Part shown: positions 1-8,872 of the stretch, piece after piece
Layout: every line of letters starts with the position of its first letter
How positions within the stretch are numbered: the stretch's first letter is position 1
Source: an uncultured Candidatus Saccharibacteria bacterium
GTDB taxonomy: Bacteria > Patescibacteriota > Saccharimonadia > Saccharimonadales > 2-12-FULL-41-12
DNA length: 64,000 nucleotides
Assembly (NCBI GenBank): GCA_964573095.1
Contig: CAZNIK010000001.1
Coordinates: 56,507-120,506, forward strand
Direction: 5' to 3'
Notes under the pieces: generated by a model
The model's input: only the letters and a program-made list of their open reading frames with translations
Databases searched by the model: none
Told to the model about the DNA's origin: nothing
Made by a program: the position numbers and the translations under genes

Positions 1-55
1 TAGGTTTCTTTGCCTGCCAGCACAAGGCTAGGTGGGCTGGTATACTGATTGTTAG

Positions 56-1333
56 ATGAAAAAAATCAAAAACACAAAGCAGCTACCTTCAAATTTTTTG
101 TGGGGGGCATCAACATCAGGACACCAAGTTGAGGGGCGCCTTTTAGACCAGTGGTCGGCCTGGGAGAAAAAAACCGCAAACAACGCTGCAAGCAGTGCAT
201 CGCGAAGATTGGGTAAGCTTCCAAGCTGGACTTACGTGCGCAAATCGGCTGAAGATCCGAAAAACTATATATCTGGGGAAGGGGTAGGTCATGAAACTCG
301 GTATCAAGACGACTTTGATATTCTTCGTTCTCTCAATCTAAACGCCTACAGATTTAGCATTGAATGGTCAAGAATCGAACCTCGGGAAGGTCAGTGGGAC
401 GATTCTGCAATTACGCATTATAGAAAATACATTGCCGAGCTAAAAAAAAGAGGCATCGAGCCGTTTCCGAATTTGTGGCATTGGACCCATCCGCTTTGGT
501 TTGAAAAAAAAGGAGGCTTTGCTAAGAAGAAAAACATTAAGTACTTCGAGAGATTTGTGCGTAAAGTGAATCAAGAATTATTCGAAGACATCACCTATGT
601 GGTGACCATTAATGAAGCCAATAACTTTGCAACACTCGGATATATAACTGCCATTTGGCCTCCCGGCAAGAGAAATCCACTGCTCGGCGTCAAAGTAATG
701 CGCAATCTTGTGAGGGCGCATAAGCGATCTTATGCAGTGCTAAAAAAGGATCGACCACAGCTTCGGGTGGGTGTTGCTCATAACGTGACTGCCAATGTTC
801 CCCAAAACCCCCATAACGTTTTTCATGTCGCTATGTCGAAACTCAGTGATTATTTTTGGGACGTGTGGTTCTATTCAAGGATACAAAACTACCAGGATTA
901 TGTTGGGGCGAACTTCTACATGACGAACTATTGGCGGTTCCTCACATTTAAGAATCCGAGCGCTCCCGTGAATGACCTTGGTTGGTATATGGAGCCGGCC
1001 ACGGTGGGATATGTGGTGCGCCGATTATGGACTCAACACAAAAAACCGATAATAATTACCGAAAATGGGGTGGCTGATCAGCACGATCAGTATCGTAAAT
1101 GGTGGCTCGATCAAACGATTAACGCGCTTTTAGAAGCCCGCGATGATGGCGTGGAGATAATCGGTTATTTTCACTGGAGTCTCTTGGATAATTTTGAGTG
1201 GGCTGAAGGCTATTGGCCTCGATTTGGGCTTGTAGAGGTAAACAGGCAAGAAAATATGAAAAGAACCATCCGACCGAGCGCAAAATGGTTTGCCTCCCGG
1301 ATCAAGCAGGTCACTACGGATTCAGTCGACTAA
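56..1333 (+). CDS. Glycoside hydrolase family 1 (beta-glucosidase-like)
   Basis: N-terminal FLWGASTSGHQVEG, YRFSIEWSRIEP, acid/base TINE, nucleophile ITENG, WSLLDNFEWAEG. Confidence 0.93.
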   Translation: MKKIKNTKQLPSNFLWGASTSGHQVEGRLLDQWSAWEKKTANNAASSASRRLGKLPSWTYVRKSAEDPKNYISGEGVGHETRYQDDFDILRSLNLNAYRFSIEWSRIEPREGQWDDSAITHYRKYIAELKKRGIEPFPNLWHWTHPLWFEKKGGFAKKKNIKYFERFVRKVNQELFEDITYVVTINEANNFATLGYITAIWPPGKRNPLLGVKVMRNLVRAHKRSYAVLKKDRPQLRVGVAHNVTANVPQNPHNVFHVAMSKLSDYFWDVWFYSRIQNYQDYVGANFYMTNYWRFLTFKNPSAPVNDLGWYMEPATVGYVVRRLWTQHKKPIIITENGVADQHDQYRKWWLDQTINALLEARDDGVEIIGYFHWSLLDNFEWAEGYWPRFGLVEVNRQENMKRTIRPSAKWFASRIKQVTTDSVD

Positions 1334-1394
1334 CTCTTTGGACTAGTGTTGTCGCCATCATCCAGTACACCATATGTTGTGTATTTTGTGAAAC

Positions 1395-1403
1395 TGTGGA
1401 TAA
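1395..1403. promoter_or_regulatory. Consensus DnaA box upstream of mraZ
   Basis: TGTGGATAA is the reverse complement of TTATCCACA. Confidence 0.55.
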
Positions 1404-1446
1404 CCCAGTAGTTTTTAGGGGTATTTTGTAAAAAAAATGCTTGTGC

Positions 1447-1494
1447 GTGGGTAGTAATGGGTAGTATATTGCAGTCAGTGGGTAATCGTGGGTA
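1447..1494 (+). promoter_or_regulatory. MraZ-binding direct repeats over the dcw promoter
   Basis: Four TGGGTA repeats (1448, 1458, 1479, 1489) in two pairs with 10-nt period upstream of mraZ; MraZ is known to bind TGGG-type direct repeats. Confidence 0.8.
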
Positions 1495-1561
1495 GGCAAA
1501 ATAGCTACCCAAGAAGACGATCAAAAATAAAAACCACTAGTAACAACAACTAATACACCAC

Positions 1562-1921
1562 ATGGCCACGGTAGACTATTTCGAAAGGAAACTCGACGAC
1601 AAACGGAGGTTAACAATACCCACCGAAGTTCGAGCCGAGTTTGCCAGCGGGGTAGTTGTGACCAGAGGTTTTCAGCAATATCTGCACCTCATCCCAAAAA
1701 ATGTCTGGGAAGAGGAAGTCGAACCGCAACTGAAAGGAAATATCCTTGACGAGCGGACCGCCGACTTGAACGTGCAGTTTCGTGCAGGGAAAACCGAGGG
1801 TGAGATAGACGACAAGCAAGGTCGAATTGTCATAGAACAGCATTTGTTGGACTATGCCGGGATCGAACGAGCGGTTGTCGCGGTGAGGGCTGGACGCTAT
1901 TGGCGTATCCAGGCTAGTTAG
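1562..1921 (+). CDS. mraZ: Division/cell wall cluster transcriptional regulator MraZ
   Basis: Two SpoVT/AbrB-type repeats (LDDKRRLTIP, IDDKQGRIVI); first gene of the dcw cluster. Confidence 0.9.
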   Translation: MATVDYFERKLDDKRRLTIPTEVRAEFASGVVVTRGFQQYLHLIPKNVWEEEVEPQLKGNILDERTADLNVQFRAGKTEGEIDDKQGRIVIEQHLLDYAGIERAVVAVRAGRYWRIQAS

Positions 1922-1968
1922 TTGTAGTCGTACATTAAAAACTAAGTTCAATCAAGGTATATAGCTTT

Positions 1969-2221
1969 CAAGGTCAGCTATTCGGCAGTCAGTATGTGGC
2001 TCTAGGGCAAACCACGAGATAAAACCCTTGCACCTTTTTAGGTTAAACACCTCCCAAAACTCCACCTCACACATAAGTCTCTAAAAACTTAGAAAATAGT
2101 TACATTACCAGAGATTTTAGTCTTTAGAATAGAATCTCTATCTCGGTAAAGTAACAAACAAAAACAAAAACATTAGCCAAAAGCAAAAAACAAAAAACTG
2201 GCTGCTGAGTAGGTGACCTTG
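1969..2221 (+). ncRNA. Candidate structured cis-regulatory RNA between mraZ and rsmH
   Basis: 24-bp closing stem 1969-1992/2198-2221 with three G-U pairs on the + strand and one mismatch; internal hairpin 2099-2155. Confidence 0.6.
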
Positions 2222-2251
2222 TAAAATAAAAACATCAAAAACAAGATACCA

Positions 2252-3130
2252 ATGAACAACCATACACATCTGCCAGTCTTGGCGAATGAAGTGCTGCAGT
2301 ATATTCGTCCCTCAGAAGGGGATGACTATCTCGACGTAACCGCTGGTTACGGTGGGCACGCAGGGCTTATATTAGAAAAGATTGGCAAAAGTGGCTCAAT
2401 GACGCTTGTTGACAGAGACGTAAGCGCCGTGGAACAGCTTGCAAAAAGCTTTGCCCGAGACAAGCGCGTCATGATATATCACAACGATTATCTAACCGCC
2501 AGCCGAGGGCTTGCACAAGATGGACCACAATTTGATTGTATTTTGGCTGACATTGGGGTATCGTCACCGCACCTTGACAACCCAGATCGTGGCTTTTCGT
2601 TTATGAACGATGGTCCGCTTGATATGCGCATGGACACTACGCAAGAGCTTACCGCAGACACTGTGGTGAATCAGTGTTCGGAGAAAAGGCTTGTTGGTAT
2701 TCTGCGCGAATATGGCGAAGTGCGAGGCGCAACACGACTCGCTCGGGCCATTATTGATCACAGACCGCTTCATACAACCAAAGCTTTGGCCACGATCATC
2801 CAAAACAATACCAGTCCGCCCGCTCGCATGAGAGTGTGTGCTCAAGTATTTCAAGCACTGCGCATCGTCGTAAATGATGAGCTCGGGCAGCTTGAGAGAA
2901 GTCTTCCTTTGTGGCTTCAGCTCCTTCGGCCGAAAGGTCGTCTGGGAGTTATTACCTTCCACAGCCTCGAAGACCGTATTGTGAAGCAGTTCTTTGCTGA
3001 ACACGCTGGCAATCGATTTGACGCAGAGCTTCTTTTGCTGACAAAAGGCGTTGTTACTGGTGAAAACACAGAAATTGTTCTCAATCCGCGTGCCCGAAGT
3101 GCAAAACTGAGGGTTGCGCAGCGAAAATAA
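2252..3130 (+). CDS. rsmH: 16S rRNA m4C1402 methyltransferase RsmH (MraW)
   Basis: HLPVL, DVTAGYGGHA, DIGVSSPHLD, RGFSF, PLDMRMD, FHSLEDRIVK, NPRARSAKLR. Confidence 0.97.
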   Translation: MNNHTHLPVLANEVLQYIRPSEGDDYLDVTAGYGGHAGLILEKIGKSGSMTLVDRDVSAVEQLAKSFARDKRVMIYHNDYLTASRGLAQDGPQFDCILADIGVSSPHLDNPDRGFSFMNDGPLDMRMDTTQELTADTVVNQCSEKRLVGILREYGEVRGATRLARAIIDHRPLHTTKALATIIQNNTSPPARMRVCAQVFQALRIVVNDELGQLERSLPLWLQLLRPKGRLGVITFHSLEDRIVKQFFAEHAGNRFDAELLLLTKGVVTGENTEIVLNPRARSAKLRVAQRK

Positions 3131-3154
3131 AAATAAAAGAAAGGGGGATGTTTG

Positions 3155-3214
3155 ATGCCAATACAGGTAAAAAGCAGCTCCCGCACCTATAGGGTACACG
3201 TCCGAGTTCTTTAG
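3155..3214 (+). CDS. Candidate 19-aa small ORF MPIQVKSSSRTYRVHVRVL
   Basis: AAAGGGGG Shine-Dalgarno-like run 7 nt before the ATG; lies in a structured intergenic region. Confidence 0.3.
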   Translation: MPIQVKSSSRTYRVHVRVL

Positions 3215-3252
3215 AACAAAAAAGTTGTACTACATCAAACTATAGGTTCGAA

Positions 3253-3299
3253 CGGTAACCCACAGGTCAATACTATACTTTGATCTGTGGGAACTACCG
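3253..3299 (+). promoter_or_regulatory. Strong hairpin upstream of ftsL
   Basis: CCCACAGGTCAA/TTGATCTGTGGG stem extended by CGGTA/TACCG; no U-tract. Confidence 0.5.
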
Positions 3300-3321
3300 A
3301 GAAAGAAAAATAAAAACAAAC

Positions 3322-3666
3322 ATGACGTATTCAAGCTCAATGGCAATGAGTCGAAAGCGATTCGCCACAAGACATCAAAATGTCGTAAGCTTCAAAGAAC
3401 AGGCCCGAACACTTGGGCCGATCAGCAATGCGATAATATTGGTAGTAATGAGTTGTTTGCTGGGTCTTTTGTATCTTACCCAAGTCACGAAGACGAACGC
3501 GAACGGCTACACTATCGATAGCTTGCAAAAGCAACAAACTTCTTTACAAAAAGAACATGAAGAGCTAGAGCTTACCGCAGCAAGGCTGCAGTCTCTAGAC
3601 CGAGTGGCCACAAATTCAGCCTCTCAAAACCTTGTTTCTGTCTCGCCTAGCGCAACCTTGCAGTAA
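3322..3666 (+). CDS. ftsL: Cell division protein FtsL-like
   Basis: Single TM helix followed by a leucine-zipper coiled coil, between rsmH and the PBP; ATG at 3322 preferred to the track start 3280. Confidence 0.75.
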   Translation: MTYSSSMAMSRKRFATRHQNVVSFKEQARTLGPISNAIILVVMSCLLGLLYLTQVTKTNANGYTIDSLQKQQTSLQKEHEELELTAARLQSLDRVATNSASQNLVSVSPSATLQ

Positions 3667-3685
3667 CGCTAAACGAAAGGATAGG

Positions 3686-5422
3686 ATGCGCCCAAAAGCA
3701 ACTGATTCACGCAATTCAATCAGTATTGCAAGATTCCATCTTTGGTATGGGTTGCTTTTGCTTGTCTTTGTTATCTTTATTGTTCGCTTATTTTACTTGC
3801 AAGTTATCCAACATGACTATTATAAATTGGCAGCTCTAAAAGCGCAGTTTAAGCAGTATGAAATACCTGCTGACCGAGGTATTATTGTGGCTCGTGACGG
3901 AAATCAAGAGGTGCCAATTGTTTTGAATGAACCAGTGTTTACGGCGTTTGCTGATCCAAAATATGTGAAAGATCCCAAGGCAGCTTCCCAGGCCGTCGCA
4001 AACATTATTGGGGGCGAGCCCAGCAAGTACGAGTCAATTATGCGGGAAGATACGAGATACGCGGTACTTGCAAAGAAACTCTCAAAAGAAAAAAGTGACC
4101 AAATCACAAATCTTAAACTCAAAGGCATTGGTACTAGAGAAGGTTCTCAGAGAACATATCCCCAGGGAACTCTTGCCTCGCAAGTCCTTGGGTTTGTAAA
4201 TGACGAAGGTAAGGGTACATACGGAATCGAACAGTACTTAGATAGTCAGCTAGGTGGAAAGCCTGGAGAGCTAAAAGCTATCACTGACGCAAGGGGAATC
4301 CCACTCGTGAGTAATAGCAATAATGTTCTGCGAGAACCACAAACTGGAGAGCGCATTGCACTCACTCTCGATATCAGTATGCAGCGACGGATCGAGGACA
4401 TGCTAAAGGCACACTTAACTGAGGTCAAGGCTCCCTCCGGCAGCGTTGTTGTTATGGACCCAAATAACGGCGCCATAAAGGCTATGGCCAACTATCCCAC
4501 CTACAATCCTGCTGAGTTTTCAAAAATTACTGATCCAAAGGTTTTCACCAATCCGAATGTGAGTGAACCGTTAGAAGTCGGATCTATTATGAAAACTCTC
4601 ACGGTCGGAGCGGGGTTAAATGAGGGGGTGGTGAACACAAACACAACATATTCTGATCCTGGGTTTTGGAAAATTGGTGATGCAACTGTCAAAAATGTTG
4701 AAGAAGACGGTGGAGCAGCGACACGAAGCGTTGCTGACATTTTGCGCTATTCTCTCAATACCGGCGCAACCTATATTCTTATGCAGCTTGGCGGGGGACA
4801 AATTAATGAGCAAGGTCGAACAAAGTGGCACGATTATATGACAAATCACTATCGTCTTGGACAAAAAACCGGCATAGAACAAGGCTACGAAGCTGATGGA
4901 TATATTCCAAGCCCAACCGAAGGTTTTGGATTAAATATTACCTACGCGAATACGGCATTTGGCCAGGCGATGACCGCCACACCAATTCAAATGGCGAGCG
5001 CTTTCTCGGCCACTATCAATGGCGGTATTTATTATCAACCCCACCTCGTTGAGCCCAAGAAGTCATCCGACGTGAAAGTATTGAATAGTGCAGTCATTAA
5101 ACCAGAAGTTTCTGAGCAGCTAAGAGTAATGCACGAAAATAGTGTTCAAAAAAATTATACATTTCTCGTCAAAAAGGGTTATCGAATTGGCGGCAAAACC
5201 GGTACGGCTCAAATAACGAAGCCTGGAGGAGGGTATTACGACGATCGATTTAATGGAACCTTTGTTGGGTATGTTGGCGGTGATAAGCCGCAGTATGTAA
5301 TCATGGTCAAAATAAACGAGCCAAAGGTACCGGGTTATGCGGGGAGGGCCGCCGCCGCACCCCTATTTCTAAAGACGACAAATATGCTGATCGACAATTA
5401 CTCTGTGAGAGGGGTCAACTGA
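3686..5422 (+). CDS. ftsI: Class B penicillin-binding protein (FtsI/PBP2)
   Basis: N-terminal TM, RGII dimerisation motif, RTYPQG, SxxK (GSIMK), SxN (SLN), KTG (GKTGTAQ); start 3686 after AAAGGA. Confidence 0.93.
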   Translation: MRPKATDSRNSISIARFHLWYGLLLLVFVIFIVRLFYLQVIQHDYYKLAALKAQFKQYEIPADRGIIVARDGNQEVPIVLNEPVFTAFADPKYVKDPKAASQAVANIIGGEPSKYESIMREDTRYAVLAKKLSKEKSDQITNLKLKGIGTREGSQRTYPQGTLASQVLGFVNDEGKGTYGIEQYLDSQLGGKPGELKAITDARGIPLVSNSNNVLREPQTGERIALTLDISMQRRIEDMLKAHLTEVKAPSGSVVVMDPNNGAIKAMANYPTYNPAEFSKITDPKVFTNPNVSEPLEVGSIMKTLTVGAGLNEGVVNTNTTYSDPGFWKIGDATVKNVEEDGGAATRSVADILRYSLNTGATYILMQLGGGQINEQGRTKWHDYMTNHYRLGQKTGIEQGYEADGYIPSPTEGFGLNITYANTAFGQAMTATPIQMASAFSATINGGIYYQPHLVEPKKSSDVKVLNSAVIKPEVSEQLRVMHENSVQKNYTFLVKKGYRIGGKTGTAQITKPGGGYYDDRFNGTFVGYVGGDKPQYVIMVKINEPKVPGYAGRAAAAPLFLKTTNMLIDNYSVRGVN

Positions 5423-5441
5423 GGTATAATAGGGGCACGAT

Positions 5442-6497
5442 ATGATCGCAGTAATACAAACATTTGTTCTCAATATTGAAATAACGCAGTTGATCGAGAT
5501 ATTGTTATTGGCGTTTCTTGGCTTTGCCTTCAGCATTCTTATTACACCTTTGTATACCACCTTAGCCTACAAGGGGGAGTGGTGGAAGAAGGCAAGGAGT
5601 ACCGCTGTCACGGGAGAGAAAGCCAAGGTGTTTAATAAGCTCCACGCCGAAAAGCATAGATCGTTGATTCCAACCATGGCTGGTATCGTCTTTTTGGTGT
5701 CAGTTACACTGGTAACGATTGCATTTAATCTTGTTCGTGAAGAAACTTGGCTGCCGTTGGCGGCATTTGTAGGTGCAGGTTTTATTGGTTTAGTCGACGA
5801 TATCATTAACATCCGAGGTAGCGGTAAAGGTGTTGCCGGACTACCCTCAAAACTAAAACTCTTACTGATAACGATTGTGGCGCTCATTGGCGGCTGGTTC
5901 TTTTATGCAAAACTCGACGTAACTTCAGTAAATGTGCCGGTGTATGGTGATCTTAGCATTGGCTGGTTGGTTGTTCCTCTTTTTGTCTTGGTCGTTATTT
6001 CAACCGCAAACGCCGTGAATATCACCGATGGCTTGGATGGTCTGGCGGGTGGACTTACGGCAATCGCATTTGGAAACTATGCAATAATTGCATTTCTCCA
6101 AGAACGGTACGGGGTGGCTGGGTTTTGTATGACAGTCGTCGGGGCGTTATTGGCCTATACATGGTTCAACATTTTCCCGGCAAGATTCTTTATGGGTGAC
6201 GTCGGATCGTTTGCTCTCGGAACGGCTTTGGGGGTGGTTGCGATGATTACAGACACGGTTTTGTTGTTGCCAATTATCGGTGCCGTCTTTGTTGCCGAAG
6301 CGGGGTCGACGTTACTACAGATTCTGTCAAAAAAACTCCGTGGTGGCAAAAAAATATTCAAAATTGCCCCACTTCATCATCATTTTGAGGCAGTCGGTTG
6401 GCCAGAAGCCAAAGTCACAATGCGCTTTTGGGTGCTCGGCCAAGTATGTGGTGTTATTGGCTTGATGGTGTTCTTAATCGGTAGTTACCATGTTTAG
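5442..6497 (+). CDS. mraY: Phospho-N-acetylmuramoyl-pentapeptide transferase
   Basis: PTMAG, GLVDD, NAVNITDGLDGLA, FMGDVGS, APLHHHFE. Confidence 0.97.
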   Translation: MIAVIQTFVLNIEITQLIEILLLAFLGFAFSILITPLYTTLAYKGEWWKKARSTAVTGEKAKVFNKLHAEKHRSLIPTMAGIVFLVSVTLVTIAFNLVREETWLPLAAFVGAGFIGLVDDIINIRGSGKGVAGLPSKLKLLLITIVALIGGWFFYAKLDVTSVNVPVYGDLSIGWLVVPLFVLVVISTANAVNITDGLDGLAGGLTAIAFGNYAIIAFLQERYGVAGFCMTVVGALLAYTWFNIFPARFFMGDVGSFALGTALGVVAMITDTVLLLPIIGAVFVAEAGSTLLQILSKKLRGGKKIFKIAPLHHHFEAVGWPEAKVTMRFWVLGQVCGVIGLMVFLIGSYHV

Positions 6498-7776
6498 GAT
6501 TGGACAGGCACAAAGTCGCACGGCAATTGAAAGAGTACCTTCCTCAAGTGCGAGGTCGTCTGGTTCATTGTCGCGGCGCCATCGACCAGATTATGCACTA
6601 TTAATTATCGCGCTATTGCTAAGTGCGATTGGCCTTATCGTGGTGTACTCAATTAGTCCCGGCCTTGCGATTACGCGAAATGTCGACAGTAATTATTTCG
6701 TAATAAAGCAGTCGGTTGCAATACTACTTGGTCTCGTGGCATTTGCAGTTTTCTGCAATTTACCAACAGTTCTGCTTAAGCATATGAGGAAAGCGCTCAT
6801 AGTTGCAAGCGCCGTTGGCGTGGTTGTTATTCAGTTCTTTGGCGACGAGGTAAATGGCGCCGCAAGATGGGTTCAGATAGGTGGATTGTCGTTTCAAGTG
6901 GCCGAGCTCATCAAGCTCACTCTTGTTATCTGGGCCGCATGCTTTCTGGCAAATCGCATAAAAAATGACGAGATGAATAGTGCCGACAAAACGCTCAAGC
7001 CGCTGCTGATCGTGTTGTTGCTAATTGCAGTCTTGGTTGCGGGGCTCGAAAGTGATCTGGGCTCGGCCGGTGTCATGATCGCAATTTTGGGTGCAATGGC
7101 CTTTACCGCCGGTTTGCCCCTAAAGAAGATTGCGCTCATAGTCGGGGTGATCTCGATCGGTACTATTTTGGCGGTATCAAGCAGCGGCTACCGACGAGAT
7201 CGAGTGGCAACATTTCTCAATCCCTCAAGAGACTGTCAAGCCAGCGGCTATCAAGCCTGTCAAGCATTAATCGCTGTCGGCAGCGGGGGAGTGTTGGGAC
7301 TAGGACTCGGTAAAAGCGTTCAAGCCTATGGCTATCTACCAGAGGCCGCAAATGATTCAATATTCGCAGTTCTGGCAGAGAAGTTCGGATTTGTTGGGGT
7401 AAGCGGCGTGCTTGGACTATACCTCTTACTTTTTTCCCGAATGAGACGAATTATCGAGAGAACCGCTGACACATTCTCCAGACTTCTCGTTATTGGTATC
7501 CTGGCATGGCTGAGCACGCAAGCCATAATTAACATTGGGGCGATGATCGGACTTTTACCACTAAAAGGGATCACTCTGCCATTTATTAGCTATGGGGGAA
7601 CAAGTTTATTGTTTGTGATGGCCGCCGTAGGCATTGTTTTCCAAATATCACGATATACAAGTTTTGAGCCTATTAGAACTACAAAGCCGGTAAAAAAGGA
7701 GACGGATCATGACGATAGTCTTGGTCGGAGGCGGGTCGGGAGGCCATATTACGCCACTACTAGCAATCGCTCGTGA
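6490..7776 (+). CDS. ftsW: SEDS peptidoglycan glycosyltransferase FtsW
   Basis: NGAARW, FQVAELIK, DLGS, LPEAANDSIF, GITLPFISYGGTS. Confidence 0.93.
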   Translation: MFRIGQAQSRTAIERVPSSSARSSGSLSRRHRPDYALLIIALLLSAIGLIVVYSISPGLAITRNVDSNYFVIKQSVAILLGLVAFAVFCNLPTVLLKHMRKALIVASAVGVVVIQFFGDEVNGAARWVQIGGLSFQVAELIKLTLVIWAACFLANRIKNDEMNSADKTLKPLLIVLLLIAVLVAGLESDLGSAGVMIAILGAMAFTAGLPLKKIALIVGVISIGTILAVSSSGYRRDRVATFLNPSRDCQASGYQACQALIAVGSGGVLGLGLGKSVQAYGYLPEAANDSIFAVLAEKFGFVGVSGVLGLYLLLFSRMRRIIERTADTFSRLLVIGILAWLSTQAIINIGAMIGLLPLKGITLPFISYGGTSLLFVMAAVGIVFQISRYTSFEPIRTTKPVKKETDHDDSLGRRRVGRPYYATTSNRS

Positions 7777-8872
7777 ACTTCGGAGGAGTCACAAGGAAAT
7801 TCGGCTTGTGTACGTCGGTGAAAGGGGTGGGCAGTTTGGTGATATTGCTCGATCGAGCGGCCTTTTTGATGAGTGTCATGTTGTTTTTGCCGGTAAATTG
7901 CGAAGATATTATGGCGAGTCTCTGCTTCGACGAATTTTTGACATCAAGACAATACTACTGAATGTGAGAGATGTAGGGTATCTACTGATTGGGAGCATCC
8001 AGTCAGTACTGCTGCTACATCGCCTTCAAGCCCAGGCGGTATTCTTAAAAGGTGGTTTTGTGTGTGTGCCGGTGGCTCTTGGTTGCAGATTTCATCGCGT
8101 GCCGTGTGTCACACACGATTCCGACGCAGTTCCAGGCTTATCTAATCGGCTTGCCGCCAGATACGCTCAGGTTCATGCCGTTGCAATGCCTGCACAATAC
8201 TACGACTATCCGGCCCAAACGATCCGTGTAGTCGGTGTGCCGATAAACCCACAATTTTCAACCCATAAAACGGCCACCCAAAGTCTAAAAAAAGCCTACA
8301 AGGTACGTGGCAACCATCCGATCCTACTCCTCACAGGTGGGAGCCAAGGTTCAAGAAGGCTTAATTCGGCGCTGATCGCGGCCTTGCCAGCGCTCGTCAA
8401 AAAGCACCCAAAAATACATATCTTTCATCACGTAGGCATGGGCAACGAAACCCAATATGATAAAGTCGAGCAGCGCCTAAAGAAGCATGTTACGTGTTTT
8501 GATTTTTCTGATGCCTTGTATGAAATGAGTGCGCTTTCAGACATTGTAATTACAAGAGCCGGCGCCACAACCCTCGCAGAATTTTCGTCGCAGGCAAAAG
8601 CCTGCATTATTATTCCGCATCCCGAACTTGCAGGCGATCATCAAACTAAGAATGCAGCTGTATATGAGGATTCCGCTGCTGCGCTTGTACTAAATGAACG
8701 TGATGTTCTTCGCGATGAGTCGATCTTGCCGACGGCAATAGATGGTCTTCTTAGAGATGCATCGTTACGGAAGCAATTTGGTGAGAACGCTCAAAAGCTT
8801 ACGCCGACAATGCCCGCAGCGCGTTCGTTGGCAAAAATTTTGACAGATATTGTGGGAGAGACACCCAGGTGA
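7709..8872 (+). CDS. murG: Lipid I N-acetylglucosaminyltransferase MurG
   Basis: GGGSGGHITP, GGFVCVPV, GGSQGS, RAGATT, HQTKNA. Confidence 0.96.
   Translation: MTIVLVGGGSGGHITPLLAIARELRRSHKEIRLVYVGERGGQFGDIARSSGLFDECHVVFAGKLRRYYGESLLRRIFDIKTILLNVRDVGYLLIGSIQSVLLLHRLQAQAVFLKGGFVCVPVALGCRFHRVPCVTHDSDAVPGLSNRLAARYAQVHAVAMPAQYYDYPAQTIRVVGVPINPQFSTHKTATQSLKKAYKVRGNHPILLLTGGSQGSRRLNSALIAALPALVKKHPKIHIFHHVGMGNETQYDKVEQRLKKHVTCFDFSDALYEMSALSDIVITRAGATTLAEFSSQAKACIIIPHPELAGDHQTKNAAVYEDSAAALVLNERDVLRDESILPTAIDGLLRDASLRKQFGENAQKLTPTMPAARSLAKILTDIVGETPR

Noticed and set aside
3110-3192. Programmed frameshift extending RsmH into KIKIKERGMFDANTGKKQLPHL
   Set aside because: RsmH is already complete at RSAKLR and no clear slippery site precedes the stop; the region is reported only as small ORFs
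2564-3199. 211-aa minus-strand ORF and the many other antisense or nested ORFs in the track (e.g. 20431-20907, 53757-54248, 59197-59790)
   Set aside because: They overlap confidently identified genes and have no motifs; treated as shadow ORFs
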